64,000 nt of DNA from an uncultured Roseivirgaceae bacterium. Its GTDB lineage: Bacteria; Bacteroidota; Bacteroidia; Cytophagales; Cyclobacteriaceae. The stretch's first letter is position 1. Every line of letters begins with the position of its first letter. The translations under genes were made by a program, and so were the position numbers. The DNA is taken from assembly GCA_964598395.1 (NCBI GenBank), contig CAZRBW010000003.1:27972-91971 (forward strand), written 5' to 3'. Below are positions 63,801 to 64,000 of the stretch, piece by piece. Under the pieces are notes generated by a model. That model worked only from the letters and a program-made list of their open reading frames with translations, did not search any database and had not been told where the DNA came from.

Positions 63801-64000
63801 TCTCTCAAGCAACATCTATCAATACCTGGGAAAAAATTGCAGATGCTAATAGCAATGAAGCTACTATCCAGTGGCTGGCAACTGGTGGAGTAGAAGGTGG
63901 TGCCATGCGAGTGTCGGGTAGTAATCCAAACACAGCCGCTGGCAAAGCCTATATTTTCCAAACCCAAAAGAGTGGGCTTAATTTTGGTGGAAAAACCAAA
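60806..64000 (+). CDS. Very large surface lipoprotein (partial; continues past the window end) with a Big_2-like domain and four CBM-like modules
   Basis: ATG at 60806, with an open frame of 1065 codons to the window end and no stop, which is why it is absent from the ORF track. It has a lipobox LSLGC and a Big_2-like segment (SSNESIASVDAAGNVSVVGGPGNAIISATLG). The repeated ~172-aa modules begin ...VISMFSDAYPNVTVDTWRTDWS... and end ...IDNMYFYD. Confidence 0.8.
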   Translation, partial: MRTYNKNNWRRDFSICLLLALSLGCIRDIDELEPATFSTNPAVFLDGFSAGLNYAAFGGSVPTAFNVDTEVTFTTTSQASMRFEVPDANDPRGAYAGGTFFTDVPRDLSEYDALTFWAKASKAATIDVVGFGNDLGESKYQVALNGMAVNTNWQKYYIPIPDPAKLSAERGMFYYSEGPEEGRGYTFWIDDLKFEKLGTISQPQHSIISGNTQVETSFIGANRRIDGLQSSFNLPNGINQILNIAPSYFVFSSSNESIASVDAAGNVSVVGGPGNAIISATLGSVQTRGSLTIQSIGQFVAAPVPTHPADRVISLFSEAYTNVPVDFFNGYWEPFQTTLSADFEVQGNRILNYFNFNFVGIQFSSPTINATDMTHLHVDIFIPNALSGNARLTLEMVDNLVEPAGIFTTNIQASQSQEWISLDIPLSNFAGLKSRANLYQLIFVDASGNIPGFYADNIYFYKAEVPPAVLSEPAPTPTRNAAGVISMFSDAYPNVTVDTWRTDWSSAILEDISIQGDAIKKYSALDFVGIETVSNQINIENMTHLHVDVWSPNFTNFGIKLVDFGPDGGFAGGDDTEHQVDFAGLPTGEWVSLDIPLSNFTGLTTRKNLAQMILVSQPSGGAIVHIDNMYFYDENAATTPVGLTVPAPTPTRPASGVISMFSDAYPNVTVDTWRTDWSSAVLEDILVQGNAVKKYSSLDFVGIETVSNQINIENMTHMHMDVWSADFTNFAIKLVDFGPDGGFGGGDDTEHQINFATPAQGRWVSLDIPLSNFTNLTTRKNLAQMILVGQPSGATIVHIDNVYFYDANAGNGSTGLSTPAPAPTQPAADVISMFSDSYTNVTVNTWRTDWSSATLEELSIQGNAVKKYSSLDFVGIETVSNQINIEEMTHFRMDVWSADFTSFGIKLVDFGPDGSFGGGDDTEHQVNVATPAKSRWVSLDIPLSSFAGLTTRKNLAQMILVAQPSGAATVYVDNVFFYKTSGNGGGGSQTGTAIFEESFSQATSINTWEKIADANSNEATIQWLATGGVEGGAMRVSGSNPNTAAGKAYIFQTQKSGLNFGGKTK
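61709..63778 (+). repeat. In-frame tandem coding repeats: three 519-bp units plus one diverged ~513-bp unit
   Basis: Units start at about 62222, 62741 and 63260. The anchor GGTGTGATATCCATGTTTAG recurs at 62252, 62771 and (as GATGTAATATCAATGTTTAG) 63290, an exact 519-nt period. An older, diverged copy lies at 61709-62221. Confidence 0.9.

Noticed and set aside
62897-63893. Short track ORFs at 62897-63085, 63091-63291, 63316-63507, 63504-63815 and 63684-63893.
   Set aside because: All are out-of-frame or antisense shadows of the long open frame from 60806. Several recur simply because the underlying DNA is tandemly repeated.

Overview
This is a 64-kb chromosomal window of roughly 39-40% G+C by eye. 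It looks like a Bacteroidota-type genome: fused SecDF, a TonB-dependent receptor with a CarboxypepD_reg-like N-terminus, no Shine-Dalgarno sequences ahead of start codons, and a TAnnTTTG-type promoter element. I call about 57 protein genes, almost all ordinary housekeeping or envelope functions. They include two PPK2 genes, HPF, prfA, guaB, secDF, udk, rdgB, ndk, pyrC, hemB, htpG, pruA, katG, peptidases, PPIases and small regulators. I also call one tRNA-His, one TPP riboswitch and a set of intrinsic terminators. I see no transposase, integrase, CRISPR array or recognisable defence gene. Three things stand out. (1) The octamer GCGGGAGG/CCTCCCGC occurs at least 40 times, about one per 1.6 kb, against roughly 0.5 expected from base composition. 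It occurs in both orientations, in all three reading frames and in intergenic DNA, with unconserved flanks. That is a DNA-level signal resembling uptake-signal or other highly iterated oligomers, and no gene annotation explains it. (2) At the right end, after a 720-bp AT-rich gap, sits a secreted clan GH-A glycoside-hydrolase-like protein fused to a ~610-aa C-terminal region of unknown family that may be a beta-barrel. It is followed 11 nt later by a very large lipoprotein ORF (60806 to the window end). That ORF is missing from the supplied track because it has no stop codon in the window. It contains a Big_2-like domain and four CBM-like modules, three of them as 519-bp tandem DNA repeats. 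(3) A TPP riboswitch sits upstream of a TonB-dependent receptor, directly downstream of a pnuC/NadR-kinase-like pair and upstream of a weakly TPK-like gene. All counts and coordinates were indexed by hand and could be off by 1-2 nt.
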